From assembly GCF_009834535.1 (NCBI RefSeq), contig NC_045697.1, positions 51,338,001 to 51,402,000 of the forward strand: a DNA stretch of 64,000 nucleotides, in the 5' to 3' direction. Every line of letters begins with the position of its first letter. Within the stretch, counting starts at the first letter, position 1. This document shows, in pieces, positions 25,016 to 37,330 of this stretch. A program made the position numbers and the translations under genes. This DNA comes from Camelus ferus (lineage: Eukaryota). The notes beneath the pieces were generated by a model. That model was not told the DNA's origin. It saw nothing but the letters and a program-made list of their open reading frames with translations, and ran no database searches.

Positions 25016-28000
25016 AAAGTAAGCATAAAAGTTAAGTAATGTATATATCAACCTGTCTTTTTTTTAAATTAGACATAAATTCCACACTGTTGAAACAGAC
25101 ATCAACTAAAATTCAGATAGATCAGATGACAATATTAAATATGGTTCCTTAGCTGTAAAATAAATGAAATGCTTTCTTTACTCTGGTAACCTAAGTAAAG
25201 AGTAAAAAGAAGATTTCTCGAACATATCTAGAAGTTTGTAAACAACACATTTATAGCTTTTAATTTAGGAAGTGGTCTTAAAGTACATAAATTTGGTTTT
25301 CTACCTATCTATGATTGATATGACCAAATTTAAAGGAAAAGCTAAATGATATCCTACAAATAAATACGGCTATGACATAAAATTACAGCACTTTACTAAG
25401 AAAGGGGGTATAATGATATTTAACAGAGTGTTTTGTGTATGACTTTTACCATATCATATAATTTTTTGCTTAATTTCTCTCCTGTGTTTACTAGGGCTAT
25501 TTTCTAGTTAAAATAATCCTGCTAAATAACAGATATACCTAGTATTTGTCGCAACATATGAGTTGTGTTGACTCACAAAACTGAATTTCTTAGGATGGGA
25601 TCTCTTACTAAAAGTGAAGAGAAAAAAACTTATTTTTTTTTTACTTAAAAACCATATGACAGAGGGATATTGAATGGAATGCTCCTTATTTAGTTTTGGG
25701 AATCAGACTTGTTAAATAAAATACCATGGTTTTAGAAGTCTGTACTAGGAACATTTTTTTCAAATACATTGTTTATATTTCAGATGTAGTGCAGTGCATT
25801 TTTATTTGAACAATAAAAAAACAATCTTTTGAGACCACGCAGGTCTTTCCCCCCACTTTTGAAAGTATGTGGTATGTGTAATTGCAGATTACATAATGTA
25901 TTTCTTTTCACTTATTCTTTTAAGAAGTAACTTAACTCTTGGAAATAACAGTTAGGTTAGTTCATACCTTAAATCTCCAAATAGTTAATATCCCAATTAT
26001 TGTGTAATCTGTTCATACCAACCATTCCATTTTCGAGATGATTTTGTTTACTAGTGCCAACAGAATCCCTATTTCATGCTTTTTCAACATATATTTCAAC
26101 ATGTATCAATATATTCACAAAAGGTGATTTTAGTATTCATGTGAAAGATATTTTCCCTTCTGTTTCCTGTTACCAAAAGTTAAATCATTTTATTAGTAAT
26201 TGAAAATTAATTTTTTGGTAAAGTACTATACTTAGTCATTTTTCCTCTCAGGGAAGAAAAGGAGGTAAATGGTTTACTAACTTCCTGTCTTGTTTTTCAT
26301 GAAAATATTATTCCATCTTTCTTTTGATTCAAATGACCTAAATACACATTTATTCATATTATTCACTTTATTTTTAAAACAATCCGAAGTGTTAAACAGG
26401 GAAACTCAAAATCACAAAACCTCTTCAGATCTTCTGATTTATTCAGCGTATTTTCACTTAGATGTTTTTCAGAAACACTCTCATACACACAGTTCTGAAA
26501 TTACAGAACAGAACATTTGAAGAATGCCAAAACTTTCAAATATCAAATTTTAAAATCAGGATTATTTCAAAATGATTAAAATATCAAAGGAAAACCCAAT
26601 TCACTGTTTTTCATCACTAATACAGAGATTCAGTATTCCATTACTCAATGTATTTTTACTGTAGATAAATGAATCTATTCAGATGTCTTTTAGTATTAAT
26701 GTTTGGTATACTTACATTATATTTGGTAAATTCTGGATACTCCTGAATCTCTGGCAGTATACATCCCATTGATAAATACTTCCTTAAATAAGTCACAACA
26801 CTCAATTAACAGGTTTTGTTAGTTAACTGGTATTAATTCCAGATGACTGGAATTTAGGATGAGAGTGTCATTAATTCTTTAATATATCTACTGTGTAATA
26901 CACCTTGATTGCAAAAATACCATCACTTGTATTTTGGATGAGTGAATATAGAGAAAAGTGTGCCACAGTGGCTTTGACATAAATAAGAATTTCTTTCTGT
27001 AACAACTGGAATATAGGACTATTAGACATGTTATAAAAAGTTTCATATTAGACTTCTACCTTTAAATGAATTCACACTTTTGAAAGGTAAACAATTTTGC
27101 ATGCTCAATACTTAAGAATCAATAAGATGATACAAAGGGATATTAATAAGAGGAAAAGCTAATTCTACATTAGATAGCTTTGGTTTTGAAAAGTAATGCA
27201 TTAAAGAAATTGGAAAAAGAGAAATTAAATCTGATTCCAAGGGATCACTTTAACAATTGCTTGTGAAAATATCCTTTAAAAGTTCTTTAGTCAAACATTT
27301 CAGAAGGCATATTTAGGAAATAAGAAATTAAAACGACTGTACATATATACAATCTATATGTTTAATAGCATATATTCACATTTTGACCTCCATTCCTGTG
27401 TTCAGCACTGTAATGGATAAGAATTTCAGGAACTGCAGAAAGTAAATGAAATATAGTCTCTGTTTTTAAGGAGCTTAAGTAAAGTTAAGAAAAAAGTTAG
27501 CTGTGTGATGTAGTAATAATAAAAAAGAATAGGCTAGTCATACTGAACTTTTAAAAAATGTTTAATGTGTCCATTTGAAAAGTATTACGGTTGATATGAT
27601 TTCAGTTGGTTGGTTTGCCCAGTATTTGTATGGTCATTTTGTACTGTATTCTGCAACTCAAAAGATACCAGGTGTTACAATGTTTGTTACCAGTACATAG
27701 ATACACATGAGTGCTAACACTTCACTTTTGCATTGGATTTTATCATTGACAAATAGTTCTCCCAACATTCTCTACCAAATAGACAGCAAATTCTGATCAT
27801 TCCCATTATCCAAATTTAAGAATACATGTTTATATGTATGAAATTAGCAGGTTAAATATGCATAAATTTTACTTAGATCAAAAAAATTTGTAACAGTGGA
27901 ACATTTTTAAAAGAATGTAATTTGTGACTCCAATATGTAGCAGAAAAGGTGGGCCTACACTGATTGAAGACGTCCCAGCCCCAACCCCTGATACGCTCCA

Positions 28001-29149
28001 CGGAAGGAATTTGAGGAGTAGCTTGAAAACTCTTAATTTAAATTATATGAACTGTGCATGCATGAAGATTTTTCATTTTAGGATCTTTTTTCTTTAATCA
28101 ACTTTTCTCCTGGATATTATAAAGTCAGAGTCCCTCGGCTTAAGTGCCACTGTGGAAGGGCCAACTCCTAAATGTCATCAGTTCCCTGGAAGGAGAGGAA
28201 TGCAGCTGCATAGAAGTTGCTGCTTAACTCCCACAATCTTTAGGCAAGGATACTTCCACCTAAAATCAGTAGTCAGTAGCAACCGGTTGCCTTTTTTTTA
28301 ACTTGACGAATGAATAGGGAGATAGGCTTTTAAAAAGGAAATTATATAGCATATATTGGGATGTGTGTGTTAACATTTAAAAATTCATATATGAATTTAT
28401 CAGTCAATTTGAAGGAGGATGACGTCCAGAATCCAGAGAAAAGAGTATCTGGTACCCTTGGGTAAGTGCATAATGAAGCAACAACAGTAGCTAAGTTTGG
28501 TGTAACCCCAACATTGGTCAGAGCTCACGTCTCAATAAACATTTTATTCCTCACGACACAATCTGGCCTCTAGGTCTAGGGGTGAGCCTTCTCTGAGGAA
28601 ACTCCTTTGTGTCATTCCAGTGTGCTTGCTGTTCAGGAACTCAAAACTAAAAACTAGTCTTACGTACATTTGGCCTATTCCTTTCAACCGGCAGACTCCT
28701 CATGTTGCTGCTCAGGCTCTTGAAAGCTCATATAGGATATATGTTATGCCCCAGTAAGGAATTCACCGCGCTGCCAGTGATAATTCCACTTAATTCAGGA
28801 GATGGTACTTGACCCTTAATATAAGAGTTTGCTGCTCTTTATAACGAAAGCTAAAACACTGAACTTGGGTCTGAAAATGACTATTAAAACGGATGAGCCA
28901 ACTAAATCTTCACACCACAGACTAAACTATGTCTAGTGCTGATTAAAACGGGGTGGGCCAGAAACACAAGCCTCTCTCCAAACTGGCATTTCAGCAATGT
29001 GTTGACTCCTGTATACCATAAACTATCTCAACCTCTAGAGGAAGCAATCGGGAGCACATAAAGAGCTGGGGGACTACCCTCTGATCACACATACACAAAA
29101 CACATCCACAAAGCTTAACCTGTGACACGATTAGCTTAAGTGAAAAAAA

Positions 29150-29920
29150 TGTAAAGGCATACGCAGAAGACCGGCTCTCTTAGGCGAGAACTTCCTAGGG
29201 AACGCCCCGCCCTGCTCAGGGCAACAAGCCCCGCCCCCGATTCTGAAATTCTTTTTGGCCTCTGAGGAGCTCCATGCCAGCAGCGCCAAAGTACCGTGTG
29301 TGCACGGTAGGCCTGGTCAGTGCCGCGTGGGAAAGGCGGGACTTCGCTACCTTCTGCGTCATCTCCAGCGCGACGCAAGACGTCACCGGCTAGACTAGGA
29401 AGGTCAATTGTGGCTGCCGGCGCGCCCACGCCTACTTTATGCGCGGGGTCGCCGGCGCATGCGAGGAATAGTCTCGGCTGCGCGATACTACGCCGTCGGG
29501 AGGTCCGTGTGTCCGGCTCCTTGGTGGTGGCAGACATGCTGTGCCGGCTCAGCCTTCGGTGGCTGCGGCCGCTGCCTGCCCTGCGGCTCGGGGCCCTGGG
29601 CCCGCAGCTCGCGCCCGTCCTAACGGGCGGCATGAGGCGCTCCGCTCTGCCAGTGTGGGCAGCCTCGTCAGTCTCTGCAGTTGCCCCGGGTGGCGCGGGA
29701 GGCTGGTACGAGGCCCTGGCTACGTCGGCTCCGGTACAGGGCGCGGAGGCGCTGCTGCTCTGCGCGCACACCGCCACGGGCCTGCCCTGGTGGGGCAGCA
29801 TTCTCCTCACCACCATGGCCCTGCGCGGCGCCGTCACGCTGCCCCTGGCCGCCTACCAGCACTACATCCTGGCCAAGGTGAGGCTTAAGATCCCCAGATA
29901 GCTTCCGGAGAGCTGCGTGT
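29150..29920. promoter_or_regulatory. CpG island / COX18 promoter and first exon
   Basis: Abrupt GC- and CpG-rich island in AT-rich surroundings; GC boxes CCCCGCCC near 29205 and 29229; NRF1-like GCGCATGCG at 29455-29463; CRE-like GACGTCA at 29379. Confidence 0.9.
29536..29877 (+). CDS. COX18: COX18 exon 1 (cytochrome c oxidase assembly factor, Oxa1/YidC insertase family; Arg-rich presequence and first TM segment)
   Basis: cagacATG at 29536; MLCRLSLRWLRPLPALRLG...TGLPWWGSILLTTMALRGAVTLPLAAYQHYILAK; AAG|gtgagg donor; GLPWWGSI...LR...TLPL is the Oxa1-family TM1 signature. Confidence 0.95.
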
Positions 29921-30094
29921 TAATCAGCACCAATACGGCAATGAGCTACTTTACAAAAGAACACAGGACAGGAAATAAATGCAAATTTTGTGTGGCTGCC
30001 ACAGAGCGTGTTAAATACTATTAATTGACTTCTGTTTCCTTGGTTTACATTACTGGGAAATCCAGGGATTGAAACATTAAAGTGCAGAAGGCAG

Positions 30095-30240
30095 TTCTCA
30101 TTTAATCCTTAAAATAACCCTATGAAGTAGGTGCTGTTATACATTATGTATGTAAGGGGACAGGACTTTAGAAGTTAAATAATTTGCCCAAGATCACACA
30201 GCTAAGTGTACACGCTGGAATTTGAATCTGGTTACAGCTG
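30095..30240. mobile_element. MIR SINE
   Basis: ctcatttaatcct...tatgaagtaggtgctgtt...agaagttaaataatttgcccaagatcacacagctaag MIR core. Confidence 0.7.
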
Positions 30241-30405
30241 AGGATATCTTAAATTAGTGTCATATACTCAGACTTAAGGTTTCTTGACATGACCAGTGAA
30301 CCACATTTTTAAATGAGCTTGAGGAACTAGAAAGTAAAATCATAAATGGTTATGAATGAAGGTCTTTTGTGTGCCCATAACAAAGTGTATTTTTTCTTTA
30401 GCTAG

Positions 30406-30506
30406 GTGGAAAATTTGCAGCCAGAAATAAAAAACATTGCAAGGCATCTTAACCAAGAAGTTGCAGTTCGCGCAAATCAGTTGGGGTGGTCCAAAAGAGT
30501 TGCCAG
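30406..30506 (+). CDS. COX18: COX18 exon 2
   Basis: ttttctttagctag|GTG acceptor; VENLQPEIKNIARHLNQEVAVRANQLGWSKRVAR; AG|gtaagc donor; 101 nt. Confidence 0.95.
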
Positions 30507-32563
30507 GTAAGCTAATTTTATGCATATAAAACCATGAATATATGTATATATGTGTGTATATATATAGACACAAAATGTATACATGATATTTATTATAGAT
30601 TTGTGTATTCTGTAGCTTTAGCAGCAAAGTAGTTCTTTCTAATAAGTTTATGTGGCATGATAGTTTTATATACCGGACTGAAAGGAAAGAAATGGAGAAA
30701 CAAAGATAAGAAGAGAAAGTTCCTTGTTCTTAAGGGACCTCAGGCTATTGAAAAAGACAGCCATGTAATCAAATAATGACTGAATTAAGTACTGTACAAA
30801 AGATTTATGTACAGAGTTGGGTCATCATGGAAAGTCAGGGATGAAGATACTGTGCCAGTCTGTTGAGATTTTAATCAATAATGTTACAGGTTATTTGCAA
30901 ACTTGACCTTTTTGACAAGATTCAGCGGACTGTAGCCCACAGGAATGGGGAGGTAGAAAATATGAATGCCCTAGTAAAAGCGACTGGATAGACAAGGTAT
31001 TGTCAATCTGCTGTGGTTACTCTGTGTAGCTATCTGCCTTTTCTCTTAGAAAGCCCTTGCCCAAAGGGGCTTAACCATGCTTCAGTTCTATGCCTACAGT
31101 CATCCACTAGGAACTTCGAAGGCCCCCTACTTTAGTCAGCCTAAGCTATTACTGCTTAGTTTTCTAAATCCCGATCCTTACTAGAGTGTAACAAAGTGTT
31201 AACCAGTTAACAGCAATGAGAAAAATAAGGGCTTTTTAAATATGATTACTAAATTATCCATATATTTTATCTGTATATGGTGTAAATTTGCCAACTATCT
31301 TCAGTATGAAATTATGTCCCTCCTTATATAGTGTTAAAAAGACCTGGTATTTTAGAAAATATATTCTTATAGCTTAATGTCTTTACTTGATAAAAGAAAA
31401 AGTTGGTAAACCTATAGTTTTAAAGGTTTACTGAGCAGGGAAATCCGAGGACTACAGCTTTAGTCCAAAAGAGCAGATTAGTAGCTGCTCACGTGGGTTA
31501 TAAATGCAGCCTCAACAAGACTGTGGCACCTTGCTTATGCAGCACTGGCAGGATGATTGTCCAGACACATCCTTACACAGCAGAGTGGCTTTCTAATGCA
31601 GGAAACCTTTCTGAGGGTTTCCTGCATTTTCAATGGAATTGGGTTTTGAAGGCTATTTGTAAATGTCAGGTGACATTTGTCAGGTCAGGAAAGTGGGCTG
31701 TCCACACAGATGATATAATAACTTCCAAAGGCATGCTGGTGTGGAAGTCTGATTTGTTGGATGACCCAGGTCATTCAGGGACTAGAATATACAGATGTCT
31801 ACAGAAAGTAACAGGAGATAAAGTTGCAAGAGTAGGCAAAGGCTAAATTTCAAAGAGCCTAGAATGTCTCTATGTACTGTCTTAATTCAGTAGATTATAA
31901 TTTGATTAAATTCAGCAAACCTATTGAACGTCTACCTTGTATAAAACATGCTACAAGTGATTTAAAGATTAAGACCCGATACTTGACCTTTGAGGAGACT
32001 ATGGTCCAGAAAGTGGAACTTAAGACAAGAACTGGAATAACTAATATGGTAAACAGAGAAATAGTAAGAAAATCTTTATGAAAGAGTTGACTGAAGGATG
32101 GAGACCATTTTGACAGGCCAAGAGCATACACAGTACAAAACCACATTGCTACCTAAGATATGTTCAGGAGTTAAGTGATTGAGCTTGGCTGGAGTGGAGG
32201 TATTTGAGTAAAATGTGCTTTTCACCTTTAGAATTTCTGATTGAAGTTGTGGTCATACTATGTCAGTAGTGAAATTTCCCTGGTTAAAGCCTAATTTGCC
32301 AAGGACCGCCAGAAACACAGCCTGTAGTTTGACAGTGTCAGATTTATTGAATCATTCTGTGATTTGTGTAAATTGTGAAAGAACTTGGAGTAAAGGACTT
32401 TATTTGCGTTTTGTTTAGGCAGTCCCTTCATACACCCAAAATCCTCCATAAATCCCTTAGCCAGTAACCAGAGTGTGCGTGTGTTTGCACTGTGGGGATG
32501 AAGCACTGCTAGTAGTCAAACGATGTTTTCTCCTTTTTCTTTTTCCCTCTTCCCTCAATCTAG

Positions 32564-32727
32564 GCTTACTTATCTAAAGATTCTGCGGAGGCTTGTTTCA
32601 GAGCTGTATATTCGGGATAACTGCCACCCTTTCAAAGCCACTGTATTGGTCTGGATCCAGATTCCAATGTGGATCTTCATGTCTGTTGCTCTCCGGAATT
32701 TTAGCACAGGGGCAGCACATTCAGAAG
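32564..32727 (+). CDS. COX18: COX18 exon 3
   Basis: Long polypyrimidine tract then ctag|G; LTYLKILRRLVSELYIRDNCHPFKATVLVWIQIPMWIFMSVALRNFSTGAAHSE; G|gtagtt donor; 164 nt. Confidence 0.95.
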
Positions 32728-32760
32728 GTAGTTATTGAAATCTGTTTCCCCAAATAAGTT

Positions 32761-32850
32761 CTTTGTACTCTAAGTACATTGTCTTTGTACATAAGTACAC
32801 TGTACATATAAGTGCAGTTTGTATATAAGTACATTGTCTTTGTACTCTAA
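32761..32850. repeat. Degenerate ~21-bp minisatellite
   Basis: CTTTGTACTCTAAGTACATTGT / CTTTGTACATAAGTACACTGT / ... / TTTGTATATAAGTACATTGT / CTTTGTACTCTAA. Confidence 0.7.
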
Positions 32851-33472
32851 AGAGAAGAACAAAAAACCAAGCAAAAAAATTAAAAACACCTATACTTCTG
32901 ATAATTAGAATATATTCTTTATTATCTCCCTTACAAGGGTATGGAATTTAAAACATTAAGTGTAAGCAAACTAGCTGTGTTGAGAAAAAAAATGAATCTA
33001 GGAAGGACATCACTAGTGCGACTTCTTGGAGATCATAATAAAATTAAAATTAGTGTTGTAATTCCATAATTCAGTTTCCTGGCCAAGAATTTTTTCTAAG
33101 TTTAAGAGACCAGAAAATATTTCACAGTTGTAAATGTAAACTTTAATTAAGAAAGGTTATAAACTAAAGTGTTTGTTTTTTTACTTTCATTTAAAGGCAT
33201 TGCTAACCAGAAAGTAATCAGTAGATTTGAAAGAAAGCAGCCTATGGACAAATAATTTTTTAAATTTAAGTCTGAAAAGATTACTGCTTCATATCTCTAT
33301 TGTCTGTAAATCTCTTGCCTCTTTCTCTGAACAGGAAAGACTAATTTATGTTATAGAATGAAAATAACCTGAATAAAAAATGCAAGTCTTTAGGGTGAGG
33401 GACACCTTCTTAGAATTATTTTCCTCTGCTATTTTTAGAAATTCCTTTGTTTTATGTATAAAAATGTTTCAG

Positions 33473-33597
33473 CAGGTTTTTCTGTTCAGGAGCAGTTAGC
33501 TACTGGTGGGGTCCTGTGGTTTCCTGACCTCACTGCCCTGGATTCCACTTGGATTCTGCCTGTCTCCGTGGGTGTCATCAATTTATTAATAGTGGAG
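33473..33597 (+). CDS. COX18: COX18 exon 4 (tandem CAGCAG acceptor; alternative start 33476)
   Basis: (A)GFSVQEQLATGGVLWFPDLTALDSTWILPVSVGVINLLIVE; GGxLWFPDLT is a conserved Oxa1/YidC motif; GAG|gtcagt donor. Confidence 0.94.
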
Positions 33598-34100
33598 GTC
33601 AGTGGTTTTAAATGAGATTTGCTTGCCATTTAAGTCATTGGGATTTTTGTTGTTGCTGTTCTGACTTCAAACGAATTTGAGCTGGTGGTGATAGCTCTGG
33701 GCTAGAATTGAGATTCCTTGGTTTTGGTCACAGATCAGCTATTGACGATAAACTGTGTCTCAGGCTGGTTCCTTAACTTCTCTGTATTATTCTTTTGTAA
33801 TTAAAATAGGAGAGCTGAATTAGAGGCGCTTCCAAAATCTCTTTCAGCTTTAAAATTAAATGATTCTAATGCATACGTTTTTGTGATTTGCTTTTTAGTA
33901 AAGACAGCAATTAAGATGCCTAATCAACCTGATCAATCTGGTTTTATTTCCACAAGATATTGGTGTTTCGTGTATGTGTTTAATATGTCGATTTGTATTA
34001 GTTAGTACCTGACTGCCCTTAGTTATATGACCTTAGAAGAGTCATAGAACTTCTTCATAAGATGGAGTGGAGAAACATACATATAAAATATGACATCCCA

Positions 34101-34254
34101 AGGGGGAGGGTATAGCTCATTGGTAGAGTGCATGCTTAGCATGCATGAGGTCCTGAGTTCAGTCACCTGTTCCTCCATTAAAAATAAATAAATAAACCTA
34201 ATTACTTTCCCCAAAATTAAAAAAAAAAAAAATAATAATTAAAAAAAAAAAAGA
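34101..34254 (+). mobile_element. tRNA-derived SINE (Vic-1-like) with 16-bp TSD
   Basis: GGGGGAGGGTATAGCTCATTGGTAGAG...; TSD AAAATATGACATCCCA at 34085-34100 and 34255-34270. Confidence 0.92.
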
Positions 34255-34704
34255 AAAATATGACATCCCAGCCATGTTTTAACCATTATCCTGTGCTACT
34301 TTACTTAGCAGTTTAGGGAAAGCATGCCTTTAATCCCATAAAGAACTGTTCTCAGACTGAGTAGAATATAGACTCTGAACTAGAAGAAATCTTAGGAAAG
34401 ATCTATCTCAGTTGAGCTTTCGCAGACCTCATATCTACTGATCTCTCTTTGGGAAATCTAATACACTTATTTCTTTCAGGCGAGGAAAATGAAGATGATA
34501 CTCTTAAGGCCTTGGGTAAAGTTTTTTATGTGTAGCCTAGGTGTGTTACCCTAAGAGCACCAGCACAGTTCTGTGAACGTGGTTGGTACTTAGTGAATAT
34601 TTCTTAGAAAGAAGGAAGTGGTAACAGGTCACAGTGAATTAATGTCAATCCTCTAGTCTTTACTTTATTCCATCTAACAACCCAGCTTAGATAAGTTTAA
34701 TAAA

Positions 34705-34960
34705 AATCTATTCTTACTTAGCATTCACCATGTGCCAGGCACAGGTGTACAGAATTTATTTGAATTAACTCATTTAATTCTTAACAGTAATGCTGTGATG
34801 TCGGTACTTTTATTACCCCCACTTTAAAGTGGTGAAAGTGAGGAGCAGAAAGTTTAAGTAACTTGCACAAAAACACATAACCACTAAATGCAGGGCTGCC
34901 TCATGAACCAAGATAGTTTGGGTGTACAGTCTGTGTTCATAATCATTGAGTTGTGCTGCC
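34705..34960. mobile_element. MIR SINE
   Basis: agcattcaccatgtgccaggcac...ctcatttaattcttaacag...aaagtgaggagcagaaagtttaagtaacttgc. Confidence 0.65.
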
Positions 34961-35449
34961 TTGTAAATAAGTAATTTACCTTGTAAATTAAGTAAACCAT
35001 AACTGCTTTTCCTAGCCTTGGTCCTTTCCAAAGTCTGTGTAGCCAGATCACAAACCTTTGAGATGGCTGTCAAGTTCCTTCTTTATGCCAGGCCTTGTAT
35101 TTAGGTGCTAAAAGCCAAGGTTAATGATTCATACATAATACTTATCTCAGAGAGACTTAAGGTTTACTGACAATCTTTTAAAAACATTGACTTATAAAAA
35201 TTATGCTGTGATTCTTTTTAATATAGTTCAGTCTCTTTATTGCTATTAATTAAAGCTCCATTTAAGAATTCTACATGATTAAGTTTTTAAATAGATTATC
35301 AACCAATAAATTTATCAGTTTTGTTTTTAATTATTTTTTGCTTTTATTAAAGTATAGGTAGAGGGCAGTCAAAAATCCATTTGTATTTTAAAGCATGTCT
35401 AATTTAATGTGCATTTTAATAATCATGTGTATATATTCTACCCCTTCAG

Positions 35450-35557
35450 ATGTTTGCTCTGCAAAAAATTGGAATGTCTCGTTTTCAGACGTATATTACA
35501 TACTTTGTTCGGGCGGTATCAGTGTTGATGATTCCAATTGCAGCCACAGTACCTTCA
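35450..35557 (+). CDS. COX18: COX18 exon 5
   Basis: ccccttcag|ATG acceptor; MFALQKIGMSRFQTYITYFVRAVSVLMIPIAATVPS; TCA|gtgagt donor; 108 nt. Confidence 0.94.
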
Positions 35558-37084
35558 GTGAGTAAGCACCAGCATTGTGTGAAGCATGTGCTAAATATAA
35601 ACCTTCTCTGACTGTATTCTGCCTCTTCTATTGAGCTTCCTCTGACCACTCAACCCCTTACTGGTTTCTACTGTCCCTATCACCAAGTGATGTCTGAATA
35701 TTTCTTGGGATTGGTTAAACTTTCTTTATATGAATATGTCTTAATTCTTCTAAATCAAACTCCTTTTTTCCATTTTTCTTTTTTTTTTTTTCAATCTTGC
35801 AAAATACCTTGCACAGTACTATGAACATAGTATTTCTCTGTTTGATTAATTGATATATTGAGTTCTTTCTGTCTTCATAGTCTGGGCCAAGGAAGTTAGC
35901 ACTTAGAAAAGAAACAAAACTTTGTGCTAGGTCCATATGGTTTCATATGTAATATTATTTAAGCTCATAACAACTTTATGAAACAAGTATACTTGTCTCC
36001 ATTTGTATGTAATTAAACTTTTATAGAAATAGAAAAAGAAATGTTATGTTTGCAGTTATTTCGTATTTTTAGCCTTTTACTTATTTTCCGTGGATACTTC
36101 AGTGCTGAGATGGCTAAAGCTGTATCAGGTATATCTGTCTTTGCTCAGAGCCAACACATAGACCATAAAGTAGTCGTAATTTGTTGCTGGTAGTTAGAGT
36201 TCCATCAGCTTGTATGAAAGTACTTCATATGACTTGTCTCAGGAATCTGAAATAGTGTATTTTCAGCCTCACAAATGTCAATTAAATGTTAAATGTTTTT
36301 AAGCTATCACTTAGACATAATACTGTCATTAATCTTGTGTAAAATAAATACGTTTTCTCATTTCTAAAATAAACACCATAATGTCTGAGAATTAGTGAAA
36401 TAATAAGTGCCTATTATAGTACTTTTCACGTAATAATAATGTTGTTGTAAAATACTCTGGTTAAAGCAGAGCAATACAAATTTACTACATTTCTAAGGGA
36501 AATAATACCAGTTATCATTGAGAAAACCTCCAGATCAAATATAATAGGAGCAGTCACGTTTTAGTGAGAGATTGAGTTCAAAGTGAGTAACAGAGATCTA
36601 AAAAAACAGTGTCTTCAATACCCAAAAGTTCATTCTTTCAAATATAGGAAATTCAGAATTAGACAGTTTAGTGTAGAGCTGATGTGACATCCCTGTGAAG
36701 ACAGGAGAGACACAGCCTGCTTCTCTCTTAATGTTGCATAATCCACAGCCTGTAATTTCTGCCTTGAAGGCCACAGAATAGTCATGATTGCTGTTGAAGC
36801 TTGTTATCTTGTAAGAATAGTAAAATGGTGCTTCAAGTATAGTCAGCCCCTCTCAGGACCCTTGCCAGATGTCCCACCAAACACTTGTGCTTACATCTTA
36901 AATATGTGGCCATACCTAACTGCAAAAGAAGCTGGAAAGTACAGCTTTTTTTTTTCCCAGGTGACAGTATATCCTGCTGAAAATTAGGGTTTTATTACTA
37001 AGGAAGAAGAATGATGTTTTGTAGGCAGTTTGTAGTCTGACGTCGCTGGGCTCAGTACTGTCCACTTTGTGAATAAGATGATGA

Positions 37085-37330
37085 TGATAGCTAATATTTG
37101 TTCAGCATTAACATTGTGCCAGGCAGTGATTTAAATCATTTACATATATTAGTGCATATATTTCTCCCAGCAATGTAGTGAAGTAGGTGCTATTATAATC
37201 TCCACTTTAGTGATGAGGGAACCAAGGCACAGAGAGGTTAAGTAGCTCATCCAGGGTCACTGATCTGTTAAGTGGAAGAGTCTTAACACACATCCAGGCA
37301 GTTTGACACTTTCTCTTAACTATTATGCTA
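37085..37330. mobile_element. MIR SINE
   Basis: gatgagggaaccaaggcacagagaggttaagtagctcatccagggtcac MIR core. Confidence 0.75.

Noticed and set aside
29136..29837. 233-aa antisense ORF over the COX18 promoter and exon 1, plus other overlapping ORFs at 29541, 29668 and 29681
   Set aside because: Ala/Arg/Pro-rich translation expected from a stop-poor CpG island antisense to a real exon; no recognisable domain.
32761..32850. CRISPR-like repeat array
   Set aside because: Tandem degenerate units with no unique spacers, inside a mammalian intron.
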